From Octopus sinensis (Eukaryota): a stretch of DNA of 64,000 bases. The stretch lies in contig NC_043015.1 of assembly GCF_006345805.1 (NCBI RefSeq), positions 22,444,001 through 22,508,000 on the forward strand, given 5' to 3'. Under the pieces are notes generated by a model. It was not told the origin of the DNA. It did not search any database and saw only the letters and a program-made list of their open reading frames with translations. Positions 52,347-64,000 of this stretch are shown here, piece by piece (position 1 is the first letter of the stretch; the number at the start of each line of letters is the position of its first letter). The position numbers were made by a program, and so were the translations under genes.

Positions 52347-52418
52347 TACATACATATACATATACATAAGTATATATATATATGTGTGTGTGTGTGTGTA
52401 TATATATAATATATAATA

Positions 52419-52469
<51 letters not shown>

Positions 52470-53214
52470 ATATATATATAATCATATGTGCAAATAAATA
52501 TGTCCGCCAAAGAATCTTTAGTCGTTCAAACATAAGGTGATATAAATTACAGCTGACTGGATTTGTAATGGCTTGCCAACAGGAATTCCTTTGCAATGCC
52601 ATTCTTCTGAGCATTCAGCACGGAATTAATAGATTCAGAACAAACATATATTTTCTTGATGAAAATTCGATTTGAATACTTTAACTATTGAAAAATCAAC
52701 CACAAGAACTTCCAAACATACACACTACATCTCTCATATATCTATATGATTAGAATTTAACTGCAGCACTTGGTGGCCCAAAGCATCAAACTCTGCATAA
52801 GTAGTAGAGAACCACCACACACACACACACATACACACACACACACACACATATATATTAATGGAACAAAAATGCAATAGAGGACATTAAATCTTTCAGA
52901 CCAGAGAAACAACAATTAGAACAATACGCAAAATAAAACGAGTGATTCATGTCTTTCTTTCTACCGTCAAGTTCCCCAGAAGCCACGGCCATTTCGGGCA
53001 GTTACACTTGAGATGGTTCGATCTGCTTTCCCCTGAAAAAGTCTAAGCTAAGAGCATTAGACCCCTTTTTAAGAAACCTAGAGAATGTGTACGACACCAA
53101 AGACCAAAAAAAAAACAAACAAAAAACGAAGAACATGGTGCATAATTAGGGAAAGTTCACAAACATATATATAAAGAGTGTAAAAAATAATTTTATACAA
53201 ATGGGGAAACAATT

Positions 53215-53802
53215 TACTGAACTCCTTACATGCTAAAAAGGCCAGCTGAAACACAAACCACCAAAAAGAGAATTCATGATGTACACCAATTACAACACTA
53301 GAAAAAACAAAGAATGAATTATTTAATCTCGAACTCGAGCTTCATAATTAATTGTCAAATAAACTAATTTGGAATCTGTAGCTCGTCAGCGGAATCACTA
53401 GTTAATGAATAATTATGTATTTGCAAATACGTAGCGAAAACACGTACGCAAGACAGCTACTTCTTTATATATCTAATGGTCTGTACTTAGTGCGCGAGCG
53501 TAAGTATATAGTCCAGCAGTAAATACATAAATACATATATAGCATCAGAGTTACAAATATTACTATCGTAAATATATGGGAAATAAAATGATTTATTATT
53601 AGTGGCTAGCATGCATAAATAAAAGTCATAAGACATAACATATTTTTAAAAATATAAGAGGGTACAGAATATTTCTATACAGAAAGAGGAGACCTTTGAC
53701 AGGACTCCTTACATGCTAAAAAGGCCAGTTAAAACATAAACCACGAAACAGAGAATACAGGAGGCATGCTAATTACAACATTAATAGAACAAAAAATGAA
53801 TT
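53215..53802. repeat. ~105-bp diverged direct repeat (53215-53322 and 53698-53802)
   Basis: ACTCCTTACATGCTAAAAAGGCCAG...AATTACAACA...AATGAATT is present in both copies. Confidence 0.85.
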
Positions 53803-54065
53803 AGTTAACCCAAAAGAGCAACAGATATATATCTGATGATGATACAGTTCATGATTATCTCAGCGATGAAAGCTCTAAATAAATACATATATACAGTGTG
53901 CGTGTGTGTGTGTGTATGTGTGTGGTCGCGCTTGTGTATGTGAGTATATGTATTTTCTATGTGTACATTGTGTGAACATTTTTTCGGTAGTTTTCATTCC
54001 TGCTTCTACTGATAATTTCTTATAATATTTTTGCTTACTCCACTGGATGTGGTTATCTTCATCTG

Positions 54066-54137
<72 letters not shown>

Positions 54138-54507
54138 TACACATATATCTACACACGCATATACACACACACACACATATATATATATTTATATATACCC
54201 TTATATATACACACACACTCACACACAAACACATTCACACACACATATCTACATATTAAGGATATGTACTTGCGTAGCAAGTGACTTAATCTGAGATCCT
54301 GTGCGGAAACAAAAACAATTGCAGTGTGGATTGTGTTTATAAGCCATTTAAAAACACACAAAAACCATTAGATTCACATCAACATACAGCACGGAATTTT
54401 GTCAGTGAACATGTTGCGGTTTCAAAGCGACGAAAAAATTTTGACAAATTATCTCTGCGTACCTTTGATAGGTTGCTGTAGATTCCTTGTTGAGCTAATC
54501 CACTCAC

Positions 54508-54578
54508 GTAAAAATGTTGCTTCATCCTGTCATTGTAACCATCCATGCTCCACACACGTTTAATCCTAGACAGCTTAT
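54508..54578 (-). CDS. Candidate exon (71 nt); gene unidentified
   Basis: Acceptor TACTCTCTGTTTCATAG and donor TAC|GTGAGT. Single open frame KLSRIKRVWSMDGYNDRMKQHFY. Confidence 0.3.
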
Positions 54579-56567
54579 CTATGAAACAGAGAGTACTAGA
54601 TGGTATGACTACCAATAGTTGATCCTTTTCATGTAATCTGACATATATTTTCAATATATTGTAACTACTACGGCAAGTACGAAAATCACATTGGTGCATG
54701 TTTCTGTCAGTGACACAAAAATTTATAAAGGAATTTAATGCTATGGGAATGATAGTGTAGTCATATGAATGTATTCGGGCGTGTGTGATCGAGTAAAATA
54801 TTTTAATGCATTATTTCTTTGATAATAATTAAGTATACGCACCATTCATTTACAAAAAAAAAAAAAATTCAATGAAGTTAGCATTTACATATTTAATGCA
54901 AAGAAGATCATGATGGTAATTCAAAGTAATTCTGCAGTGGCGACAAATCTGTATTTTAGTAGTGAGTAAAATCTGTGCTGTTTAATGTATCAAACATATT
55001 AATATGAACTTAACTATTGGTATGTTAAAGAAAAGGGTATTTAATTATCATGCTGATGGTGTTTTTATTAATTTAACTCGGTAATTCGTTTTGGAAAAGA
55101 GATTATTTATCAAAAGCAACTACTTTCTAATGTTATCATGAAATATTTCGGAAAACATTGTCGGCTAAGCTACGCTGAAGAGCTCTGATAAAACTGAAAC
55201 ATATCACGACTTCCCTCTTTCGCTCCGAAATACGTAAAATAATAATACTAATCATTGATTGATTCCTTGAAGGGTAGTTGTTGCCTTCACAATGACATTA
55301 GGGTGATAACATAGGGAGATCTTGTGCACATATGATATAAAATATATTGTCGCAAGTAAAATAAATGAATGTCGCAGGAAGGAACACATTTGTGTGTTGT
55401 GACATATTTTCCCCGAAATTGTTTCGTTGCGTCCCTCCGATTGGGTCATGTTACGAATTTATACACAACTAGCATCAACCGACAAAATTTTACGACTGAT
55501 TTGAAAATTATAAGCTTGTTGACGCAGCATGTGATCCACTCTGGCTGTTTCTCTAACATCTGGTTATTTGAATAACATTTAATATATTTTTGTCTCAAAG
55601 TTATGATTCATTATTTCCATCTTCACCCACAATGTCTAATTCAATAAACGAACTGGTAAAATATGCAATAAGAATGAATCCGTCGTGTCGTCATTTCAAT
55701 GTGACTTTATTGAACCTTCGGCCAAAACCATGCCCACTGTAAATTTATATCCGGTGATAATACATATGTTTCATACTGTATCTTTATCGTACTTCTTTTA
55801 GTCTTGGTACTGTGACTATACAAGCCGAAAAGTTTACAAGAGTTCAGCCATTCATACAGATCTTAGTACTTATTTCATGTGTTCAGTTTTTGTCGAAATA
55901 TTAATTCACAGTAGGAAAGGTGTCAAAAGATAGACATCAGCGCTTTTTACAACCACCGCGGCCTGTAGGAAATACAAACACGAACAAACACATATATACA
56001 TAAAACTTTGCATCATTTCTCTTATGATGGTGCAATATTAATAAATTTAATATTAAGTCACTCCCATAAGACATGGACGATTAAAATATTATTCCCTTTA
56101 TGAACTCTGCAGACAATTGAGAAATGAAAAATATTCTGAATAGGAATTATTAGAACATTCAAATAAGTCTTTTATCCTCAGGCTTTTCTAACTCACAATA
56201 AAAAACACGCAACTTTATGCCTACCATCAATATTTTTATATTCCATAATTAAATATATCTAGTGAATAATTAATTTCAATGCTATAGTAAATAAAAGAAC
56301 GCTAGAAGCAAATATAGAACAGTACGAAATATTCTAAAGAGGAAAACTCAAGGTAGTCGCTTTACGTGCATGAAATAGCTGTTTTATCACTCTGTCAAAT
56401 TATGCTCTGCTTTCGTAAAAGAGAAATTATAAGGTGTAGATATGGCTTATGGATAAGAATTATATCCTGCGGCTCAGCAACATACCATACGCAAGTGTCT
56501 TACTATATATTGCTGTTCTTCTTCTAAAATTTGAAACAACTGTGATAATGATTATTTGCCAACATAA

Positions 56568-56780
56568 CATCTTCCCCAGCTGGTTATACGACACGATCAG
56601 TGCCCTTTTATTTTTGAACATGTGAATCTAGCACCCCCACTCAGATCAAAACAATATATGTGTATCGCGATTTCCGGGTTATTTCCCTTCATCAGCACAG
56701 AATAATTGTGGGGATTCTAGTTTCCCTTGTTCGAAAATATAAAGACACATGTAGTGTCGTATAGCCAGCTGGAGACAATG
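56568..56780. mobile_element. Unclassified foldback/MITE-like element with ~50-bp imperfect terminal inverted repeats
   Basis: 56568-56620 versus 56728-56780; core CCAGCTGGTTATACGACAC / GTGTCGTATAGCCAGCTGG. No clear TSD. Confidence 0.7.
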
Positions 56781-57804
56781 TATCCTAGGGCTAAATTACA
56801 GCAAAATTCTTCCTGCCATGCTATGTTGGCACATAATCTTTACTCCAACGTACTGTTGCTGAATATCTCTCGTTTTGAGTTTTACAAATAGTAATGTTCT
56901 AACTGTGATAATGTTGATGACTGCACTCGAGCAACACAAGAATTGACAAATTCGTTTACCGTCTTTGAGCTCCTTACACTCTTTGATCTAATACCACCAA
57001 GGTTATATCCTTTAAGTTTCGATAACATATTGTAACAGTTAAGGATTGGAACAATATACTTAATTAACTCCCTTCATAAAATTGTATAATTTTATCAATA
57101 TCAGAACAAAATAAATATAATGTCTTACTGCGTAATATGCACAAATTCATAGAATAACGCTTAGAACGTGTTTCTCCCTTAACTGTATGGTTTTAGTTGT
57201 TAGCATCAAACCTATTTTGTCAAATCCACTGACGCATTTATTGAACTTCATTGAACATAGCTTATGTGTGTGATTGTACATGTTCATGTGTGTGGCGTGT
57301 GCTCCGTCACATGACCTGAAATTTAGATTGGTGTCATCACTATGGTCTTCATTTCTTACAAAGTTCATTCGAAGTTTTCATAATGGTTAAAGCTTACAAA
57401 CTTTCGAAAATGAAATCTCCGAAGGTTTCGTGAATAAGTTTCTGTAGATATAATATTGACGCAGAATTAATTAATAATCTTGAACATATTGAAGCTTGCA
57501 TAATAGTAATTTTCCTTTGAATTATCAATCTAATAAGATAGTGAGTTCAATATATCGTATATTGTGTTGAACGATGTAAACGTTGGATTGTTAGAATTAT
57601 GAAAGGTGGAATGACACAATAAAGAGAATGCTTACACAAAATACCTATCTTCGTTCTCTTATACCCTCCGGGTTTTGATATATTCCCTTTCATCCTACGG
57701 CTCCGATAATATAAATATCTTTGTAGTACTGAAATCGTTTCAATACATTGAAATTTTACATAAATCTTCTAGCTTCATCTCATTATTAGAAATCATTAAG
57801 ACGG

Positions 57805-57930
57805 GGAGGTAGCAGACGCGTTAGCGCGTCAAAGTAAATGCATAGCATGATTTCTTCTGGTTCTTCTCATTCAGTGCTCATTTCCCACCATGTACCAAAA
57901 CTGCTGGCCTTGGGCCGAAATTGAAAACAA
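57805..57930 (+). mobile_element. SINE family C, internally deleted old copy
   Basis: Head-like AGCAGACGCGTTAGCGCG and tail CTGCTGGCCTTGGGCCGAAATTGAAAAC. Confidence 0.5.
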
Positions 57931-58569
57931 TTATTATTATAGATATAAGGATTTATGAACTACAAGGTAAAACACTTGATAAAAACCATTCGGTAAACAT
58001 CATGGTGACACTTTTCGCTAGAGATCGTCTCAGAAATAGTGTGATTTCATATATTCATCGTTATCTATGCTATAGACATTTAAAACAGCCCCAAAATGAT
58101 TTGTCTTTTTTCATATATGTGAATATAAAAGGCTCATTACAAAAATGTAATGAATGATATTTCAAGTGTCTGCATGAAGACACACATACGCGCGCACACT
58201 CAGAAATACACACACACATATATTCTAATTGAACCGTCCATGTGTTAGCATGGAACTCCTTGCGACAATGTAAACTTCCATATAATCAAGGTATCATTGG
58301 CTTGAAGAGTAGCTTGCAGTATGCACCTTGCTTCGATATTTACCACTTCCGAGGTATCCCTCACTATGAAAGATATGTAGCCCGGATCTTACCGTCTTCA
58401 TTCCGTTAATCGTGTATAGTTAATCGTGTATAGTATATATTCAATATACCCGGCAACCCTCTCCGCCTACCATAAAATCTAAAACAGAAGTTTTCCAGTT
58501 TCCATACGAAAAAAAGTCCCCAACCTTCTGTCTTAATAAAACACTATTGTCCCTGAAGTTGTATTTATA

Positions 58570-58760
58570 TCAGGTCATCCCATAAGTTCTATCCGAATTT
58601 TTAATAAAGAAAACAATTAATCAAATGTTATGTTTAATTGAAATTTAATCATCAATGTACTTTCTCTAATTATCTATGCCTTCCTTCCATCAATTTACGA
58701 GTTTTTTTATTCCCATCAATGTAAAACTCTTTTGGTATCAAAGCGAAGAACTCTGAAATA
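58570..58760 (-). mobile_element. 3' end of a second mariner family (transposase C-terminus plus TIR)
   Basis: Minus strand ISEFFALIPKEFYIDG.KK, resembling mariner C-termini (EFFASKP..FY..GI..L). Ends at TA|TCAGGTCATCCCATAAGTTC. Confidence 0.65.
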
Positions 58761-60202
58761 TTTTTATTTTTATCTAGTTTCAGCTCACGATATGTGGCCA
58801 TGCTGGGGCACCGCCATTTGGTGTTGCTACATGATTTTACTTCACGAATGCTTTTTAGCAATTGCCATTTGGTGCATGAGAGAGTTCGATGCAGCTGCCA
58901 TCATCTGCACCTCCTGCCGTCAAGTTGGTTCATCTGGGACACCTGACAGGAAGAGATCCAGTTTTATTTTAAAGACATCTGCATTCACCCCATGCAGGTC
59001 TCTTAGGTTCTTCGGGAGGATATTGAAGAGCTGTGGGTCTCGGAAGCCCAGGCTATCACAGTATCTTGTCCTACATCTTGATGGCAAATTTGGAGTCTTT
59101 GGCACTATGCAGTGGCACCCACTTCTGGCATTTGTGTAACTCTCGATGCCAAAGTTTGGGACAAGTTCTTCTAGGATCTTCCAGATGTATATTATGGCAT
59201 ATCTTTCTCGCCTACGCTCTAAGGAATAGAGTCTTAATCTCTTGAGTATTTCTCAATAGCTTATATGCTGCACAGAGGCTATCTTCTTCGTGTAGCTTCG
59301 TTGGATAGCCTCAAGTTCTGAAATTAACTTGACACTGGATGGTGACCATAGCTGAGAGCAATAGTCAAAGTGGCTTAGGACAAGTGTCCTCCAGAGGACC
59401 ATCATGGTTTCCTGGTCTCTTGTTCTAAAGGTTCTAAGGATCCATCCGGTCAGCCGCCTACATTTCAGTGCCAAATTAGCAACATGCACATGAAAGGTTG
59501 CATCATCACTCATGTAAAAACCCAGGTCTCGCACTGATTGTGCCTCTGGGATTGCAATCCCTCCAGGTCCAGTGTATTTATTGGGTATTGCATTTAGTTT
59601 TGCCTGCTGATAGCATAAAGCTTGAAACTTTTCAGCATTGAACTGCATGCGATTCTTTTCAGCCCACTTGTATATTTTGTCCAGCTCACATTGCAGGTGC
59701 TTAGTGTCTTCAGGGTTCTGTATTGCCTTTGAAACTTTCGTATCATCTGCATAACTTGTGATCGTGGCTATCTGCGTGGCTGAAGGCATGTCTGAGAGGG
59801 CCATTATGAACAGTAGTGGTCCCAAAACAGTGCCTTGCGGAACACCGCTCACTATTTGTGTGTTAATGGAAGTGGCCCCATTGGCTACTACCACCTGACT
59901 TCTATCCTTCAGAAAGTCATGAAGCCATTCTCCCAATTTTCCAACTATGCCAAGATCACTCAGTTTGTGACATATCATTCCATGATCGACTTTATCAAAG
60001 GCCTTTGCAAAGTCGAGATATATCACTTCCACATTTGAGTGGTTGAGCAGTCGTTTCAGCACCCAGTCATAGTTTTGTAGGAGCTGAGTTAAGCAGCATC
60101 TTCCTGGTCGGAAACCATTTTGGGTGTCAGGCAGCAAGTCGCTTTCTTCAAGGAAGGTGATTAGTTTTCTTCGGACTATTCGTTCCATGACCTTGCTGAT
60201 GT
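58760..60202 (-). mobile_element. 5'-truncated CR1-clade LINE; the RT frame is broken by a single stop
   Basis: ISKVMERIV, QNGFRPGR, YLDFAKAFDKVDH, SGVPQGTVLGPLLF, SYADDTK. 311-aa ORF 60188-59253; after TGA the same frame continues to 58920 (...LSGVPDEPT*). Confidence 0.95.
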
Positions 60203-60494
60203 ATATATATTTGCTTATTTAGTTAACTATTATCCTTAACCTGAAGATTGACTATAATTTCAAATCGAATTTATTTCAATTGAATATAAACTTAATTGTA
60301 ATTCGAATTTAATTGTAGCCATGAAACGCTCCTAGTGTTTTTACTTACTATATTATATATTTATCATTTCTTTTATACTTTTTGAGACCTAGTATATAAG
60401 TTATATGATTTATAAAAATATATATTATTTGTTATTTATGTATTGGTTTATGTCTATCACTGTTTGAGTTGCATAATAGTGGTCTTATCTCTAA

Positions 60495-60556
<62 letters not shown>

Positions 60557-60906
60557 GTCAAAATTTATAGCCGGCCATAGGATGAGTATTGGTTTCGCAA
60601 CTATAAAGAGCTTAGCACTAAAGATGACACGTCAGACTCAAGTAGCTGAAGGAGCACAATCCGTCTACATATAGGGTACGAAATACATAACAGTCCGTTT
60701 TTCTTCTAGTTTTAGAAATGTTATGCGCCCACAGCCTTATGAGGCTTACTTCTAATAGCTTTATAGGTGCGAAACTAATGGTCACTCTATGACGGGCCAT
60801 AAATTTTCACAACCTAATGCTTTAGAGTGTGCATTTTTCTTGGATATATGAACTACTGACATTATATATGTATGTATGTATATATATATGTGTGTGTGTG
60901 TGTGTT

Positions 60907-60937
<31 letters not shown>

Positions 60938-60956
60938 GTGTGTGTGTGTGTGTGTA

Positions 60957-60992
<36 letters not shown>

Positions 60993-61616
60993 TGTGCGTA
61001 AAGGTAAAGCACAAGGGTCAAAGTGTAGGAGGAAGCTAGTGAACATCAGGCAGTTAGCAGAAGATCCAAACATCAACCTCCATGAACAATGGTGGTTTAT
61101 TGGCGCAGAAGGCTGGGAATTTTTCCGTATCAAAGACGGAAAAGGTTAATTTATAGTTCAGAGATAGCAAATGGCGTTGTTGACTATGCGAAGAAATATC
61201 CCAAATTTAGCTTATGGAGTAGATAAAATCCAGGTTATATATGTTTTATAGCTAGCGGAACATTATCCAGACAGGGGACTAGTCATTGTCATTAGGAAAT
61301 TTCAAGTTAAGTCGCAGGGGATTCGATCGGAAAAGCATTTAAGAAGACAGACAGACAGACAGACAGGTAGATACATATTCAAATAGAGAGATGGACTGAC
61401 AGATATATAGATTGATAGACAGATAGAGACACATATATACATACATACATGAATGCATAATTGCCGCCATATCACTAAATTTGTAGGGTGAACGACGTAA
61501 AAGAATCGGATCAGAAAGTGTACACAAACACCCATGTACATACACGCATAAATACACGTGCTCACAAGTACACATAGTTGCATGAAAATATGCATGTATA
61601 TTTGTATATATATATA

Positions 61617-61699
<83 letters not shown>

Positions 61700-63623
61700 T
61701 GATAGATTATAGGCACAGTGGTACTCATATTCAATATATTCAATAATACCATCTAATTGATTGCCTAAATTATAAGATATCTCACTAATGGCGTCTTCTT
61801 TTACAGCATATCATTGACGAAATAAAATAGCATGTTTAGTGAAGTTGTTAATAGCCGTTACTCATAATCATCAAAACACGTTTCCGGTATAGTAGCACAT
61901 CTCTACAATATGGCTGCTGTGTACAATTGATTATACCCACACTGCTATTTCCTTGTTACATTGTTAAATCGAGCCAGGGTTAGATGTAAAGCAAATTGAA
62001 TTTAGTGTGTTGAAATTAGGTAGTAAAAAAATAAAATAAATGATTATGCAACTAAAGAAACGAAAAATGTAAATAATTATTGCATATTGCTGACTGCTAT
62101 CACTGTTTTTCTATTGAAAGTACATTTAACATAAATGAATATTTGTTCTGTTAGCGCAAGGTGAAAATATATTGTAAAACGTATGTAATCCATTAAACAG
62201 AATTATTTCACCGACCACAAAGAATCAAAAGCAATCGTTATATGAGATACTAAACAATTACAGCAAGGCTCTTCGAAATTTATTATTACTCTATTCATTC
62301 TAGCAGCCACCATATTTCTGTTTCAAATAAAAGGTAAAATAATTTTTTAAAGCCTCTGTTAAAAGATATGTTTTTAACGTAGCGAAGCTGTGGCATTCAT
62401 ATCTTTTGTGAAGGCTTGTATCCATGTTTTTGGGCATACAGAAAATTATTTACAGATACTTTGTCATTCATATTCTTCTATCTGTGAGAATCAGAATAGA
62501 ACAAATGGGATATAGGATAGAACATCAACATGAACAAATCAACAAAGTGCTAATTGAACAATTTGAAGTAGAGAGGTAAAATGGTAATAATTCCAATTTT
62601 CTAATTTTAAATTTAGAATACAAAACAATCGAACAATTCCACGATAACTACAACAACGACAACAAAATCAATTTGAATGAAAGACAATTCAAACCACAAT
62701 TGGAAAGAGGAAAAAATCCACCAAACAAAAAGAACTCGCATCATAAACACATAATGTATTGTCTATTAATGCACATCATAAAACTGATTAGCTAGAAATA
62801 GAATAAATAATTTATTAGAAAACAATAATAATTGTAATTAGAAGATAAGAGAAACAGGTAAAAAATAAAGTAGAAAGTGAATGAGCCCTGAAAATGGTTT
62901 TTAATGATTTGAAGAATGCTTCAGTTTCTAGAATGAAGAATTGGGAAATATTTTATTACAATACAACGATACGGTAAACTAATAAAATATGGGCGACAAT
63001 TCCTTGAACAACCACGTCGAACAATTAATTTTATAGAAATATATCCTGAAGGTTAATGTTTAATGCAATAGCAAAAATCTCCAATTATAATTAATTTTAA
63101 TGTTCTTTAGAGTGACCATGTCGACAGTGTATTAATTTAATAATTTGTTACAAAATCTCTACCCTCAATAATTCAGTTGATTTTGTGGTTGTTTTCACTT
63201 ATGAATTTTCTTTCTTTGTTTTGCAGTTCGCATGTTCTGTCTACGGAAAATGTTTTTCAATATATATTTACGTATATTAAATCATTACAATATAAATGAC
63301 AAAGGTCCGTATGCGTGTGTCTGCGAGTGTGTGTGATTATGCGTGTGTGTGTATATATGCTTGCGTGTGTAGAGATATGTGTATATAGGTATGAACATTT
63401 GAATGCACACACACACACACAACCCCACCCACATGTAGATATATATATATGCATTCAAACGTACAAACGAATGTACATATACATCTACACACGCAGGTAT
63501 ACAGACAGAAACACACGTGTATGTGTGTGTGTAGTGTGTATTCCAAGAGGTAAAAGTTCTAAAAGAAAGTTTGTCCAGATACATTAGAATCCAGCTCTGA
63601 AAGAAATGTCTAAGAGTGAATAG

Positions 63624-63624
<1 letters not shown>

Positions 63625-63709
<85 letters not shown>

Positions 63710-63729
63710 CATATATATATATATATATA

Positions 63730-63786
<57 letters not shown>
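63625..63786. repeat. Long (TA)n microsatellite with interruptions
   Basis: Direct reading. Confidence 0.98.
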
Positions 63787-63789
<3 letters not shown>

Positions 63790-64000
63790 TTGTGGCCAAA
63801 ATGTTCAGAACGGCATTGTTTTCGCTAGAAAAGTAAGTATAAGTTTTTATCAAAGTTGTTTTGTTCTATAATTTTAACACACAATAAATACGATATTACT
63901 TGTTATTGTCAGAGATTTTGGATGATTTACTGCAAAACCCATAGCGGCCAAAATGATCAGAACGGTTGAAAAGATAACAAAATAATCAAAAATGAAATTA
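63787..64000 (+). mobile_element. One end of a Tc1-like transposon with IR/DR architecture (runs off the window)
   Basis: TA|CAGTTGTGGCCAAAA is a Tc1-type terminus. The 20-bp motif GGCCAAAATG(T/A)TCAGAACGG occurs at 63794-63813 and 63946-63965. Confidence 0.75.

Noticed and set aside
52963-53035. Minus-strand 68-nt candidate exon with a good acceptor
   Set aside because: The donor (GTAGAA) is weak, and in the phase needed after the 54508 exon it contains a stop.

Overview
This is AT-rich, repeat-saturated eukaryotic DNA with no prokaryotic features. The SINE families, LINE set and dense (AT)n/(AC)n/(ATAG)n microsatellites fit an octopus (coleoid cephalopod) genome; that assignment is from recognition, not a search. 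Almost all long ORFs in the supplied track are microsatellite translations or transposon relics. Non-LTR retroelements: Tx1/L1, two CR1-type families, RTE, and two restriction-like-endonuclease clades (R4/Dong-like and HERO-like) that the ORF track does not show cleanly. DNA transposons: two mariners, a Tigger-like MITE, a hAT Buster/Charlie relic, a canonical non-autonomous Helitron with an empty-site paralogue nearby, and a Tc1 IR/DR left end. At least three tRNA-derived SINE families are present. I could not identify any host protein-coding gene with confidence. There are a few candidate exons, and a CpG-depleted domain (~24.9 kb to 38-43.5 kb, judged by eye) flanked by CRE/CCAAT clusters that may mark a methylated gene body. 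I found no evidence of a new multi-gene biological system. The best observations concern genome dynamics: a nested insertion with an exact TSD, SINE-LINE tail sharing, SINE tail swapping, and a tandem-plus-foldback duplication. Element boundaries are read by eye and may be off by tens of bases unless a TSD or TIR is given.
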